A stretch of 36,418 nucleotides of DNA from Myxococcota bacterium (GTDB taxonomy: Bacteria; Myxococcota_A; UBA9160; UBA4427), in assembly GCA_047619425.1 (NCBI GenBank), contig JBLHOB010000001.1, positions 1 to 36,418 of the forward strand, given 5' to 3'. Shown in pieces: positions 7,442 to 15,575 of this stretch. Each line of letters opens with the position of its first letter. Within the stretch, counting starts at the first letter, position 1. Made by a program: the position numbers and the translations under genes. The notes beneath the pieces are model-generated. The model searched no databases. It had not been told where the DNA came from and was given only the letters and a program-made list of their open reading frames with translations.

Positions 7442-9616
7442 CTAGTGAACCATGATCGGTGCGCTGGATAGCACCGCCGTACACATGCCCTTGGCGATCG
7501 CGAGTGTTTCCTCGACACCACAAGGAGCAACGCAATTCGTGACGAGGTCGTCGCGCAATACGTCGAGGTCGCTCGTTACTTCCTCCCGCAAGGGCTGATC
7601 GTCGAGTTGTTGCACGCCCAACATGCGCCCCGACAAGCGCTCGGACATCAGGTCGGCAAGGGCCGTGTTGCCATAGGCGGTCGCAACGTCGCTTTCGAAG
7701 AACGATGGGCTTCCCGCCTCGAACTCACTGCCGAACACCGCTTCTCGCTCGGTGGGCAGATCGACGAGTTCGACGCAGTACTCAAAGGCCAGCTTGGTAA
7801 GGCCCACCTGATGGGACGAAACGATCGAGCGAACATCAAATGACGCAGGCAACTGCTGCTTCACTTCTTCGTAGATATCCTGAATGGGATCAATCACGCC
7901 CGGATCGATCGCGCGATCGGCCAGCGGATCGACACCGGTCAACTCAGCCATCGTTGCATTGATGCGGGCAAAATCGCGAAAGCCAGCTTCTGGCGGAAGA
8001 GCGAGGGCGCTTGCGCTGGGCTCGTAGCTGAGCACCGTCGGGTCAATCGGATCTTCAAACAGAGCCAGTTCCTCGAATTCGACCGAGAAGGTGTCGGTCA
8101 GGGGGCTACTCCCCTTCGGTATGACGGAGCAACCTCGTGACACTTGATCTTGTTCTCCCGACAGGGACTGGTCGACATTGACGAACGATTGGCCTGAAGC
8201 CGGAGCTTCAACGCCATCGCCCGGGTTCACAACCACGCGAATGTTCTTGACGCGAATGCCGCCGAGATCGCTTCCGACGAAGGTCGGTTGGCAGAAGAGG
8301 TAGCTGCTCCCGTCGAGTTCGGTGACGGAGAACTCGAGGTTGGTATTCGTTCCCGTCCAGTCTCCGACGTCGAAGGAGAGCACCACCCGCTTACCCACAC
8401 CCGCGAGATAGTTGCGGTGAATCTGGTCCTGGGACAAGGCCTGCTTGTAGATCGCGAGCATGCGAATCTGCCCACGCCAAAAGTTGTTGCTGCCGTTTCG
8501 ATTCGAGCCGACGTAGAGCTCAGCATCGGGGTTCCAGTTCCAAAGTCTCGCCCCACCAATGGGGTCGATGTCGCCGGTGTAGTTCGAGTCGACATAGATT
8601 CGGCGGCCGTAGTGAGAGTCGTAGGTGATGACGACGTGCTGCAGCGTTTCTTGGGCATCTTGGTCGTCGGGGTCCGTGGCCACCTCGATCCGCCCGTCCA
8701 ATTCGCTGCCCGGCGCCATCGACCGGTTCCGCACGCCGTACTGATACTCTTGCTGGTGCAGGGAGACATTGCGATCGCCGCTGCTTCGGCCGTACGTCAA
8801 AATTCGCGCGTTCTCTTGCGTCACGTTTGCGTTGTTGACCCACATCTCAATCGAGTATTGCCCGGTTCCATATCCCGGTTTGGCAATTTTGTCGTAGAGC
8901 TTCTGACCATCGTCATCATCAGATCGCAAGCGCGAGCCGTCCATCACCAGACCGTAAGCGCCCATCCACTCCGCGTTGACGATGTCGAGATCCATGGCGG
9001 GAGACACACCACTTGTATCGTGAGCAATTTCGCCGGTGCCTTCCTTAAAACCGTAAAACGCAATCAGGTTGCCTCTGTATCGCTCGTCATTTTCGATCTC
9101 TTCGCCGTCGACAAAAGCTACTTCGCGACTTTCAATTGAAGCCACCTGAAGCTGTTCACCCGACTCTTCACTGGCTTCGACGATCGCGGCCCACGCTTCA
9201 ACGGCAGTGAGCATTTCGGCGCCGATGGCGACGCACTGGCTTCCACATTGGTGAAAATCTGCGGCGGGCCGGCGAACCACGCGAGACTGCGCGGGGTTGC
9301 TGAGGTTGACCTTGCTTGAGCCGGTGATCACCTGGTAGGCCGTGCCGAGGCTCGAGCTCGCGAAGAGAAAGGGAGCGCCACGCGCACCCGAATCGTGGCA
9401 ACCGTCGCCACAGTACCGAGTCACGACGGGATAGACCGTGGCCTCAAAAGCTTCGGCTTGCGCGGATTGACTCAGCCCCGGAGGCGGTCCGAGGGTCGTG
9501 GTACTCGCCTCTTCTTCCTTTCCGCCATCGTAGCTGCCGCAACCAACCAATAAAGCGATTGTGACAAGCATGCAGCTGGCGTTGAGAAGACGATGTGAGC
9601 TCGCAATGTGCTTCAT
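7442..9616 (-). CDS. LamG/concanavalin-A-like jellyroll domain lipoprotein with an N-terminal cytochrome-c-like segment
   Basis: Start MKHIASSHRLLNASCMLVTIALLVGC (lipobox), 5 nt after the upstream stop. There is a CGDGCH motif at 9395..9412. The central region (LIAFYGFKEGTGEIAHDTSG...QYSIEMWVNNANV...LYVGSNRNGSNNFWRGQIRMLAIY) is typical of LamG-like jellyroll domains. Confidence 0.65.
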   Translation of the reverse strand: MKHIASSHRLLNASCMLVTIALLVGCGSYDGGKEEEASTTTLGPPPGLSQSAQAEAFEATVYPVVTRYCGDGCHDSGARGAPFLFASSSLGTAYQVITGSSKVNLSNPAQSRVVRRPAADFHQCGSQCVAIGAEMLTAVEAWAAIVEASEESGEQLQVASIESREVAFVDGEEIENDERYRGNLIAFYGFKEGTGEIAHDTSGVSPAMDLDIVNAEWMGAYGLVMDGSRLRSDDDDGQKLYDKIAKPGYGTGQYSIEMWVNNANVTQENARILTYGRSSGDRNVSLHQQEYQYGVRNRSMAPGSELDGRIEVATDPDDQDAQETLQHVVITYDSHYGRRIYVDSNYTGDIDPIGGARLWNWNPDAELYVGSNRNGSNNFWRGQIRMLAIYKQALSQDQIHRNYLAGVGKRVVLSFDVGDWTGTNTNLEFSVTELDGSSYLFCQPTFVGSDLGGIRVKNIRVVVNPGDGVEAPASGQSFVNVDQSLSGEQDQVSRGCSVIPKGSSPLTDTFSVEFEELALFEDPIDPTVLSYEPSASALALPPEAGFRDFARINATMAELTGVDPLADRAIDPGVIDPIQDIYEEVKQQLPASFDVRSIVSSHQVGLTKLAFEYCVELVDLPTEREAVFGSEFEAGSPSFFESDVATAYGNTALADLMSERLSGRMLGVQQLDDQPLREEVTSDLDVLRDDLVTNCVAPCGVEETLAIAKGMCTAVLSSAPIMVH

Positions 9617-9621
9617 CACGA

Positions 9622-10812
9622 TTACAAACCCTCCGAGCAATACGCTGCGGTGTCCGCAAACACGTCCATCATGTCGTAGCCGTTGGTTTCAAAATCCTGT
9701 CGAATGTTTTCGACTTCGGTTCGGTCGTCGAGATCCGATGGAGCCCTGAAGCAAACCTGCTCGAACACTTTCTCGACGTGACAACGCGAGAACGCCTCGC
9801 TGTCGACGATTTGCTGACCGAGCGACTGCGCGCCGAAGCCCTGGGTCGCTGCTGTGCGCCAGCCGAGGATCGAATTCGACCCCGAGCGCCAGTAGTTATG
9901 CCACTGGTCATCGACCGTCACGTAACCAAAGGGGAAGGTATTCGCGTTGATGAGATACTTGTCCTGCACATCGCCTCGGGTGTATTCAACGCGGCCCGTG
10001 TCTTCTTCACCAACCCAGTTGAAGTACGCAAAGGCGCCGGCGAGGGGATCCATGCCCGCATGACATCCCGAACAGGAGTCGAGGAAGATCTGGCTATCGC
10101 CGCCCGGGCTTCGCGTAACATCCTGACGAATACGATCATTGGGTACGGCGTTGTCCTGCAGCGCTTCCATGTCGCGGCACAGATGGTTCATCATCGTGAA
10201 GCGGAACATCGCTCGGTTGGTGCCGTCTTTGAAGAATGCCTTGCCGGCTGCTCGCGTCGTCATGACCCCGGCGGCTTCGTCCGCGCGCAGCCAGTTCGGT
10301 GAAAGTTCCGATTGCAACCGTGCCTCAAGCACATTTGAACTCGAAAGGTCCGAGCCGTTCTCTTCAAGCGCCTCGTAGTGAGCATTGCTGCTGAAGGAGT
10401 AGCCGGGCGTTTGAGTGCGGCCGACGTAGATCACGTCACCAGTCAGCACTTCCTTAAACGAACGTCGGTCGCGAATGATGCCGATTACAGTCGCGGTGTA
10501 ATCGTTCAGCGGTGCAAAAATCGTCTGGTCTTCGTTGGTCCAGGGCGTCACGTAATTTTTGAGCACGACGTTGTAGAAGTTCGGGTCCAGCATCGCGAGC
10601 TCTGCTGCGGCCTCAGGGTCACCATCGGTGATGAGCTGTGCCATCTCGCCGAGTGTGAAGTCGTCCGGCGGTACCCCCACGAGCCGGTCGTGCATGCGCT
10701 TGGCTCGTTCAAAGCTTCCTGCCTGTGCGTTGCCGACGAATGCGAAAAAAGCACCAAAGACGAGGGCGAGGCCTGCGCGGTACCACATCCGATTTCCGCA
10801 ACGAACCTTCAT
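9622..10812 (-). CDS. Secreted CxxCH-motif protein, planctomycete PSD/DUF1585-like
   Basis: The ORF is 9622..10860. The likely ATG is at 10812, with GGAG 5 nt upstream. The signal peptide is MKVRCGNRMWYRAGLALVFGAFFAFVGNAQA. CSGCHAGMDPLAGAF (CSGCH at 10060..10074) matches the C-x-x-C-H...DP-x-G signature I associate with DUF1585-type domains. Confidence 0.55.
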   Translation of the reverse strand: MKVRCGNRMWYRAGLALVFGAFFAFVGNAQAGSFERAKRMHDRLVGVPPDDFTLGEMAQLITDGDPEAAAELAMLDPNFYNVVLKNYVTPWTNEDQTIFAPLNDYTATVIGIIRDRRSFKEVLTGDVIYVGRTQTPGYSFSSNAHYEALEENGSDLSSSNVLEARLQSELSPNWLRADEAAGVMTTRAAGKAFFKDGTNRAMFRFTMMNHLCRDMEALQDNAVPNDRIRQDVTRSPGGDSQIFLDSCSGCHAGMDPLAGAFAYFNWVGEEDTGRVEYTRGDVQDKYLINANTFPFGYVTVDDQWHNYWRSGSNSILGWRTAATQGFGAQSLGQQIVDSEAFSRCHVEKVFEQVCFRAPSDLDDRTEVENIRQDFETNGYDMMDVFADTAAYCSEGL

Positions 10813-11070
10813 AGTGACTCCATGTAGCGACCCCGCTCGACAAACCCTCGCCGAGTACAACTCAACAAGTTCCGGTGCATTGTGTAATCGGAACCTCGAT
10901 CCTCTACTCGGTGATCCGAATCACATTCATGGGATCCCAACCGTCCGATTTTCCAAACAGTTCGCCCGATCTGCAGTGAATGCGCATAAGGACGGCAAGT
11001 GGGTGAAAGCCCGGTAAATTTATTGCCGCTCGTGTCGATAACAGGACGGGACTATGAGGATCCTCTCAAC

Positions 11071-13374
11071 ATGATTTCAACGGTCACGCCACGCACCCGA
11101 CTCGTCACAAGCATGTTCGCAATGCTCGTGTGCTTGGCCGTATGCGGCGCGGGGCACGCTGCGACTCCTCAATTGGCACTGCCGGTGGGTGCTTCATTCG
11201 GAGTTGGTGACGAAGCAACACATCTTCGTGCCTTCTTACTCATCAACACCGAAGAGGACTCGCCGCAAATCAACACTGCGGGCATTGGCGTGTTGTTTGA
11301 ACTCGAGGAAGGCTGGCACCTCTACTGGAAGAATCCCGGAGACACGGGCCTTGCTCCCGAGATCGAGATTGACGCAGGGGGTGCAGAGGTTGCGGCGCTC
11401 GAGTGGCCAACACCGTTGCGCTTCGCGACGCCGGGAACTTCGCTCGCAAGCTACGGCTACAGCGACCGTGTGCTTCTGGCCAGCCGCGTTTCAAACTACA
11501 ACCAAACGCGACACGTCACAGTCGATGTCGACCTGCTCCTGTGCAAAGACGAATGTATTCCGTTCACGTTTTCCCTCGAAAGAGAAAGGCCAAATGAAGG
11601 CTCGCGCTCAACAGAGCAACGAGAAAATGAAAGTCAGGTGTTCGGGCAATTCAGAGAGCTTATTCCCAAGCCAGCGGCGGATATTGGTCTCGGTGTCCGC
11701 GCGGAGTTCTCGCCTCCTGAGCTGCAGCCTGGGGACAGCTTCGAAGCAACGCTGACCCTCACCCCGTGCGTGCACGGCCCGGCAGGCTGCACGCCCTTTG
11801 CGCCAACCGGTGCGCAGCCGTTCATCCCCGATCTCAAGACGGACGAAGCAATCGACCTCACGTATCTCGGCTCCTCCCCCAACCCCGCCGATCCAACGGA
11901 GTCATTGCTCCGGTTCCGGGGAGAAGTGGACAACGACGCCGATGGGTTGGCGACTCGTTTCGCAGGCCTACTTTCACTAGAGCGAGCCGCTGGTGATCTC
12001 GTGTCGGTTGTGGTCGATGTTCCGACAACCACACTACAAACCGCGGCAGGGTCACCGTCGGCCATCATCGCTGCTGGATCGACCGCTCCCCAAGCACCGC
12101 TACCCGCCAACAGCGGCACGAGCCTCCTCGGCGTCATCGCGCTGGCACTCCTCGGCGGCTTGATCTTAAACGGCATGCCGTGCGTGCTGCCGATACTCGG
12201 GATCAAAATTTGCTCGGCGGCCGAACTCGCCCAACATGACAAAGCGCAGTTGCGACGACACGGCGCCGCGTATCTGCTCGGTGTCCTGCTATCGATGGCC
12301 GTGCTCGCTTTCGCAGTAATCTTCCTCAAAGCAATTGGCGCAAGCGTCGGCTGGGGCTTTCAGTTTCAAGAGCCGTTGTTTGTCGGCATCGTTGCAGGGG
12401 TTGTCGTGCTCTTTGCCCTCAACTTGTTTGGCGTCTTTGAGATCGGACTCGAGACCTCATCGCTGAGCCAAGTCGGAGCAACCGCCCAGGGCCCCGCACG
12501 AAGCTTCTTTGACGGCTTGCTTGCAGTGGTGCTCGCAACGCCCTGCACTGCCCCCTTCCTCGGCACCGCGGTCGGCTTTGCCTTCGCGGGCGGCAGCGCA
12601 ATGATCATCGCCACCTTCCTCGCAATTGGCGTCGGTCTCGCATCGCCCTATGTCTTGATTTGTCTGATTCCCGGTTGGTCGCGCTTTGTTCCGCGCGCGG
12701 GTAATTGGATGCTTCGCTTACGCGCAGCAATGGGCTTTTTGCTTCTCGCGACGGCTGTGTGGCTCGTATGGGTCTTCGGCCGGAGCACGGGTGCGGACAG
12801 TCAAGCGGCATTGCTCGCCGTACTCGTCGCACTCTCATTTGGAGCGTGGCTATTTGGCTGGGTTCAAAGCCAAGGCCAACCGCGCACAACGTTTTCCGCA
12901 GTCGCCGTACTTTTCGTCTTTGGCATGATCTCATTCAATCGAATCGACGTTGAACCCATCCCCGCGGCAAACGTCGCCCCCAATGCTCGCTGGAAGACCT
13001 ACGACGCAGATGCAATCAAGCAAACCCTCGCAGACGGCTCCCCGGTATTCGTGAGCTTCACTGCTGACTGGTGCATTACGTGCAAAGTAAACGAGAGAGG
13101 CGTCCTTGCAGACGATCGAGTCCTTAACGCGCTCTCGGCCGCGGGCTTCGTAGCCTTTCGCGGCGACTGGACACAACGCGACGAGGCGATCCGCAGAGAA
13201 CTTGCCAAGCACGGCCGAGCCGGCGTACCCCTCTACCTTGTCTACGACCCCCGCACCCCAAACCACCCCGAGGTGCTCCCTGAGCTTTTGAGTGTGAATC
13301 TCGTGCTCAGTTCGCTCGCCGGGGCCTCGCCCGCTGCCCCCGAAAAACCACAAGTTGCGGCTCGCGCCACGTAG
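11071..13374 (+). CDS. dsbD: Protein-disulfide reductase, DsbD family (three-domain)
   Basis: The ATG at 11071 (MISTVTPRTRLVTSMFAMLVCLAVCGAGHA) lies inside ORF 10999..13374. The N-terminal domain has WHLYWKNPGDTG and LLCKDECIPF. The CcdA-like membrane core has the two Cys motifs NGMPCVLPILG and LATPCTAPFLG. The C-terminal thioredoxin domain has FTADWCITCKVNE. Confidence 0.9.
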   Translation: MISTVTPRTRLVTSMFAMLVCLAVCGAGHAATPQLALPVGASFGVGDEATHLRAFLLINTEEDSPQINTAGIGVLFELEEGWHLYWKNPGDTGLAPEIEIDAGGAEVAALEWPTPLRFATPGTSLASYGYSDRVLLASRVSNYNQTRHVTVDVDLLLCKDECIPFTFSLERERPNEGSRSTEQRENESQVFGQFRELIPKPAADIGLGVRAEFSPPELQPGDSFEATLTLTPCVHGPAGCTPFAPTGAQPFIPDLKTDEAIDLTYLGSSPNPADPTESLLRFRGEVDNDADGLATRFAGLLSLERAAGDLVSVVVDVPTTTLQTAAGSPSAIIAAGSTAPQAPLPANSGTSLLGVIALALLGGLILNGMPCVLPILGIKICSAAELAQHDKAQLRRHGAAYLLGVLLSMAVLAFAVIFLKAIGASVGWGFQFQEPLFVGIVAGVVVLFALNLFGVFEIGLETSSLSQVGATAQGPARSFFDGLLAVVLATPCTAPFLGTAVGFAFAGGSAMIIATFLAIGVGLASPYVLICLIPGWSRFVPRAGNWMLRLRAAMGFLLLATAVWLVWVFGRSTGADSQAALLAVLVALSFGAWLFGWVQSQGQPRTTFSAVAVLFVFGMISFNRIDVEPIPAANVAPNARWKTYDADAIKQTLADGSPVFVSFTADWCITCKVNERGVLADDRVLNALSAAGFVAFRGDWTQRDEAIRRELAKHGRAGVPLYLVYDPRTPNHPEVLPELLSVNLVLSSLAGASPAAPEKPQVAARAT

Positions 13375-13511
13375 GAAACTACTCCCGATAAAGCCCTGCC
13401 GAGCGTACAAAACGATGCATTTCGTGATCGCCATCACAATTGGATAAGCGTCGGGCGCCGTAATGGCGAAGAGCAACCTGCAATGGCAGAACTGCCCAGG
13501 AGCTCGATCCA

Positions 13512-14072
13512 ATGCGAAAACCGACATCTTCTCCTTCCCGGACGGGCGCAGCAAAAGCCCGCCTCGCGCGCGGCACAACGGCCCTGCTCGCGGCAACGAC
13601 GTTCATGATCGCCACAATGCTTGTGACAACCCAAGCCAGCGCGATTGAGCCCGGCGAGAAAGCTCCAACCTTCAACGCACGCAAGCTCGACGGCAAAGGC
13701 ACGCTTGGACTCGCGCAGTACCGCGGGAAGGTTGTCTACCTCGACTTCTGGGCCTCGTGGTGCGCGCCTTGTCTCAAGGCCGTCCCCGCCATCGAAACGC
13801 TTCGCGGTGAGTTCCCTGCTTCGAAGTTTCAAATCCTTGCGGTCAACGTCGACAAGAAAACCAAGAAGGCCCTCAAATTCTTGGCCAAGCACGACGTTGG
13901 CTACCCGAGCGTGTCGAACCCCAAGGGCGACATCCCCGGCAAGTTTGATCTCGAGACCATGCCGAGCTCCTACCTAATCGACGCCAACGGTGTTGTGCAG
14001 TACGTGCACAAAGGCTTTCGCGACGGCGACCTCGACATCATTCGCGAACACGTGCGAAAGATCATTAAGTGA
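13512..14072 (+). CDS. TlpA/ResA-like periplasmic thioredoxin (thiol:disulfide oxidoreductase)
   Basis: N-terminal signal/anchor. Motifs VVYLDFWASWCAPCLKAVP (a WCxxC active site) and the AhpC/TSA-redoxin-like LAVNVD...YPSVSNPKG. Confidence 0.85.
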   Translation: MRKPTSSPSRTGAAKARLARGTTALLAATTFMIATMLVTTQASAIEPGEKAPTFNARKLDGKGTLGLAQYRGKVVYLDFWASWCAPCLKAVPAIETLRGEFPASKFQILAVNVDKKTKKALKFLAKHDVGYPSVSNPKGDIPGKFDLETMPSSYLIDANGVVQYVHKGFRDGDLDIIREHVRKIIK

Positions 14073-14296
14073 TCCGGCTGGCACGCACGATCTCGCTTCT
14101 CGGAGTCCTTGCTTTTTGCATCGGCGCAACGGGTTGTGTCGCGGTCAAGCCTTGGGAGAAGGATCTCCTGGCCAAGCCCGGCATGGCGTGGAGTGACGAC
14201 GCGCGCCTCTCAACGATCCAGTCCCATATCGGCTTCAGCAAAGAAGCGTCCCTTCCTGCCGGTGGCGGTGCCGCCGGTGGCTGTGGATGCAACTAG
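14069..14296 (+). CDS. Small lipoprotein, DUF4266-like, with a Gly-rich tail ending in GCGCN
   Basis: The GTG start overlaps the tlpA-like stop (GTGA). The lipobox is IGATGC. The extreme C-terminus PAGGGAAGGCGCN resembles the DUF4266 family as I remember it. Confidence 0.65.
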   Translation: MIRLARTISLLGVLAFCIGATGCVAVKPWEKDLLAKPGMAWSDDARLSTIQSHIGFSKEASLPAGGGAAGGCGCN

Positions 14297-14308
14297 GGCT
14301 GCCGACAG

Positions 14309-15571
14309 ATGATTGACCAACGACCCAAGAATCGACGCGCGCGTCGCCTCGCAAACCGCGGGCGCAAACGCACGATTCTCGCGGCACTCTCGAGTGCTGC
14401 AATCGCACTTCTCTCGGGCCCGCTGTCTTCTACAGCCAACACCCCGATCGAAAAGCCCGCGATCGGCTACTCCTATTCGTATTACAAAGAAGACCCGATC
14501 GCGAAAAGTAAGGTCGCGTTTGGCAGCAAGTCGCGGTACAAGATCAAGACCCACCAAGTGTCGGTCGAGATGCCCATCAACGAGAGAGCCGACATCGGCA
14601 CGGACTTCATCTACGAAAGCATGAGTGGCGCGACACCTTGGTACGTTACGCGCGACGAAAACACCGGCAAACCGCTGCAGGCGATGTCCGGCGCGACGGT
14701 GAGCGAGAAGCGCTTCGACGCGACGCTAAAGAGCAACTACTACTTTGACAGTGCGCGAACGGGCGCTCACGTAGGTGTATCAAAAGAGCGCGACTATCTC
14801 GCCGTTTACGCCGGCGTTAACGGCGAATACTCCCTTAACGAAAAGAACACGACGCTTAGCGGAGGCCTCGGTTTTTCGATCGACAAGATCAAACCCACAG
14901 GAGGCGGAGCCAACGGCCGCATCAACAGTGATGACAAGCAATCCCTGTCGATGAATGCCGGCATTTCCCAGATCATCAACCGACGCTCTACGGTGCAGAC
15001 ATCACTCTCGTACAAGCTCGGCAAGGGTTTTCTCTCTGACCCCTACAAGCGCGCGCTCATCGACCCCGTTTTAGGCATCACTGTGTCAGACAAGCGCCCG
15101 GATGAACGCCATCAGGTCTCGTGGCTCACGCAGTATCGCTATCACTTCGAATCGGCCAACGCGAGCCTGCACGCCGACTACCGCTTTCACTATGACGATT
15201 GGAAGGTCAACTCCCACACCTTCAGCGCCAAGTGGGTTCAAAACTTGCTGAGCGACTACATCCAGATTATCCCGAGCCTGCGCTACTACTCGCAGAGCCA
15301 AGCGTATTTTTACAAGCCGTTCTATTCGTCTCTTCGCAACGACGAGCTAGCCTCAAGTGACTATCGACTTTCCCCCTACGGGAGTCTCACATTGGGAATG
15401 CGAATGCAGTTGCGGATCGAAGACCTGCCGTGGGAATGGGACTGGCGACTCGGTGTCAATTACGAACGACACCTCTCGGATGCCAAGTGGGCGCTTGCCA
15501 AGGTGAGTACCAAGAACCCGGGCCTCGTCGACTACCATTTCGTATACGGCACGTTGGACGTTAGGTTTTAG
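14309..15571 (+). CDS. Predicted outer-membrane beta-barrel protein, DUF3570-like
   Basis: Arg-rich signal region (KNRRARRLANRGRKRTILAALSSAAIALLSG). The body has an alternating aromatic/polar pattern throughout. The C-terminal ...YGTLDVRF ends in an aromatic residue, as in OMPs. There are two MSGAT motifs at 14621..14635 and 14684..14698. Confidence 0.65.
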   Translation: MIDQRPKNRRARRLANRGRKRTILAALSSAAIALLSGPLSSTANTPIEKPAIGYSYSYYKEDPIAKSKVAFGSKSRYKIKTHQVSVEMPINERADIGTDFIYESMSGATPWYVTRDENTGKPLQAMSGATVSEKRFDATLKSNYYFDSARTGAHVGVSKERDYLAVYAGVNGEYSLNEKNTTLSGGLGFSIDKIKPTGGGANGRINSDDKQSLSMNAGISQIINRRSTVQTSLSYKLGKGFLSDPYKRALIDPVLGITVSDKRPDERHQVSWLTQYRYHFESANASLHADYRFHYDDWKVNSHTFSAKWVQNLLSDYIQIIPSLRYYSQSQAYFYKPFYSSLRNDELASSDYRLSPYGSLTLGMRMQLRIEDLPWEWDWRLGVNYERHLSDAKWALAKVSTKNPGLVDYHFVYGTLDVRF

Positions 15572-15575
15572 GCCG

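Noticed and set aside
7428-7535. 36-codon extension of the Tat-signal protein ORF that overlaps the LamG gene end
   Set aside because: The GTG at 7427 has a GGAG at proper spacing and places the RREFL motif about 25 residues from the N-terminus, as expected for Tat signals. The extension would overlap the upstream gene by 94 nt.
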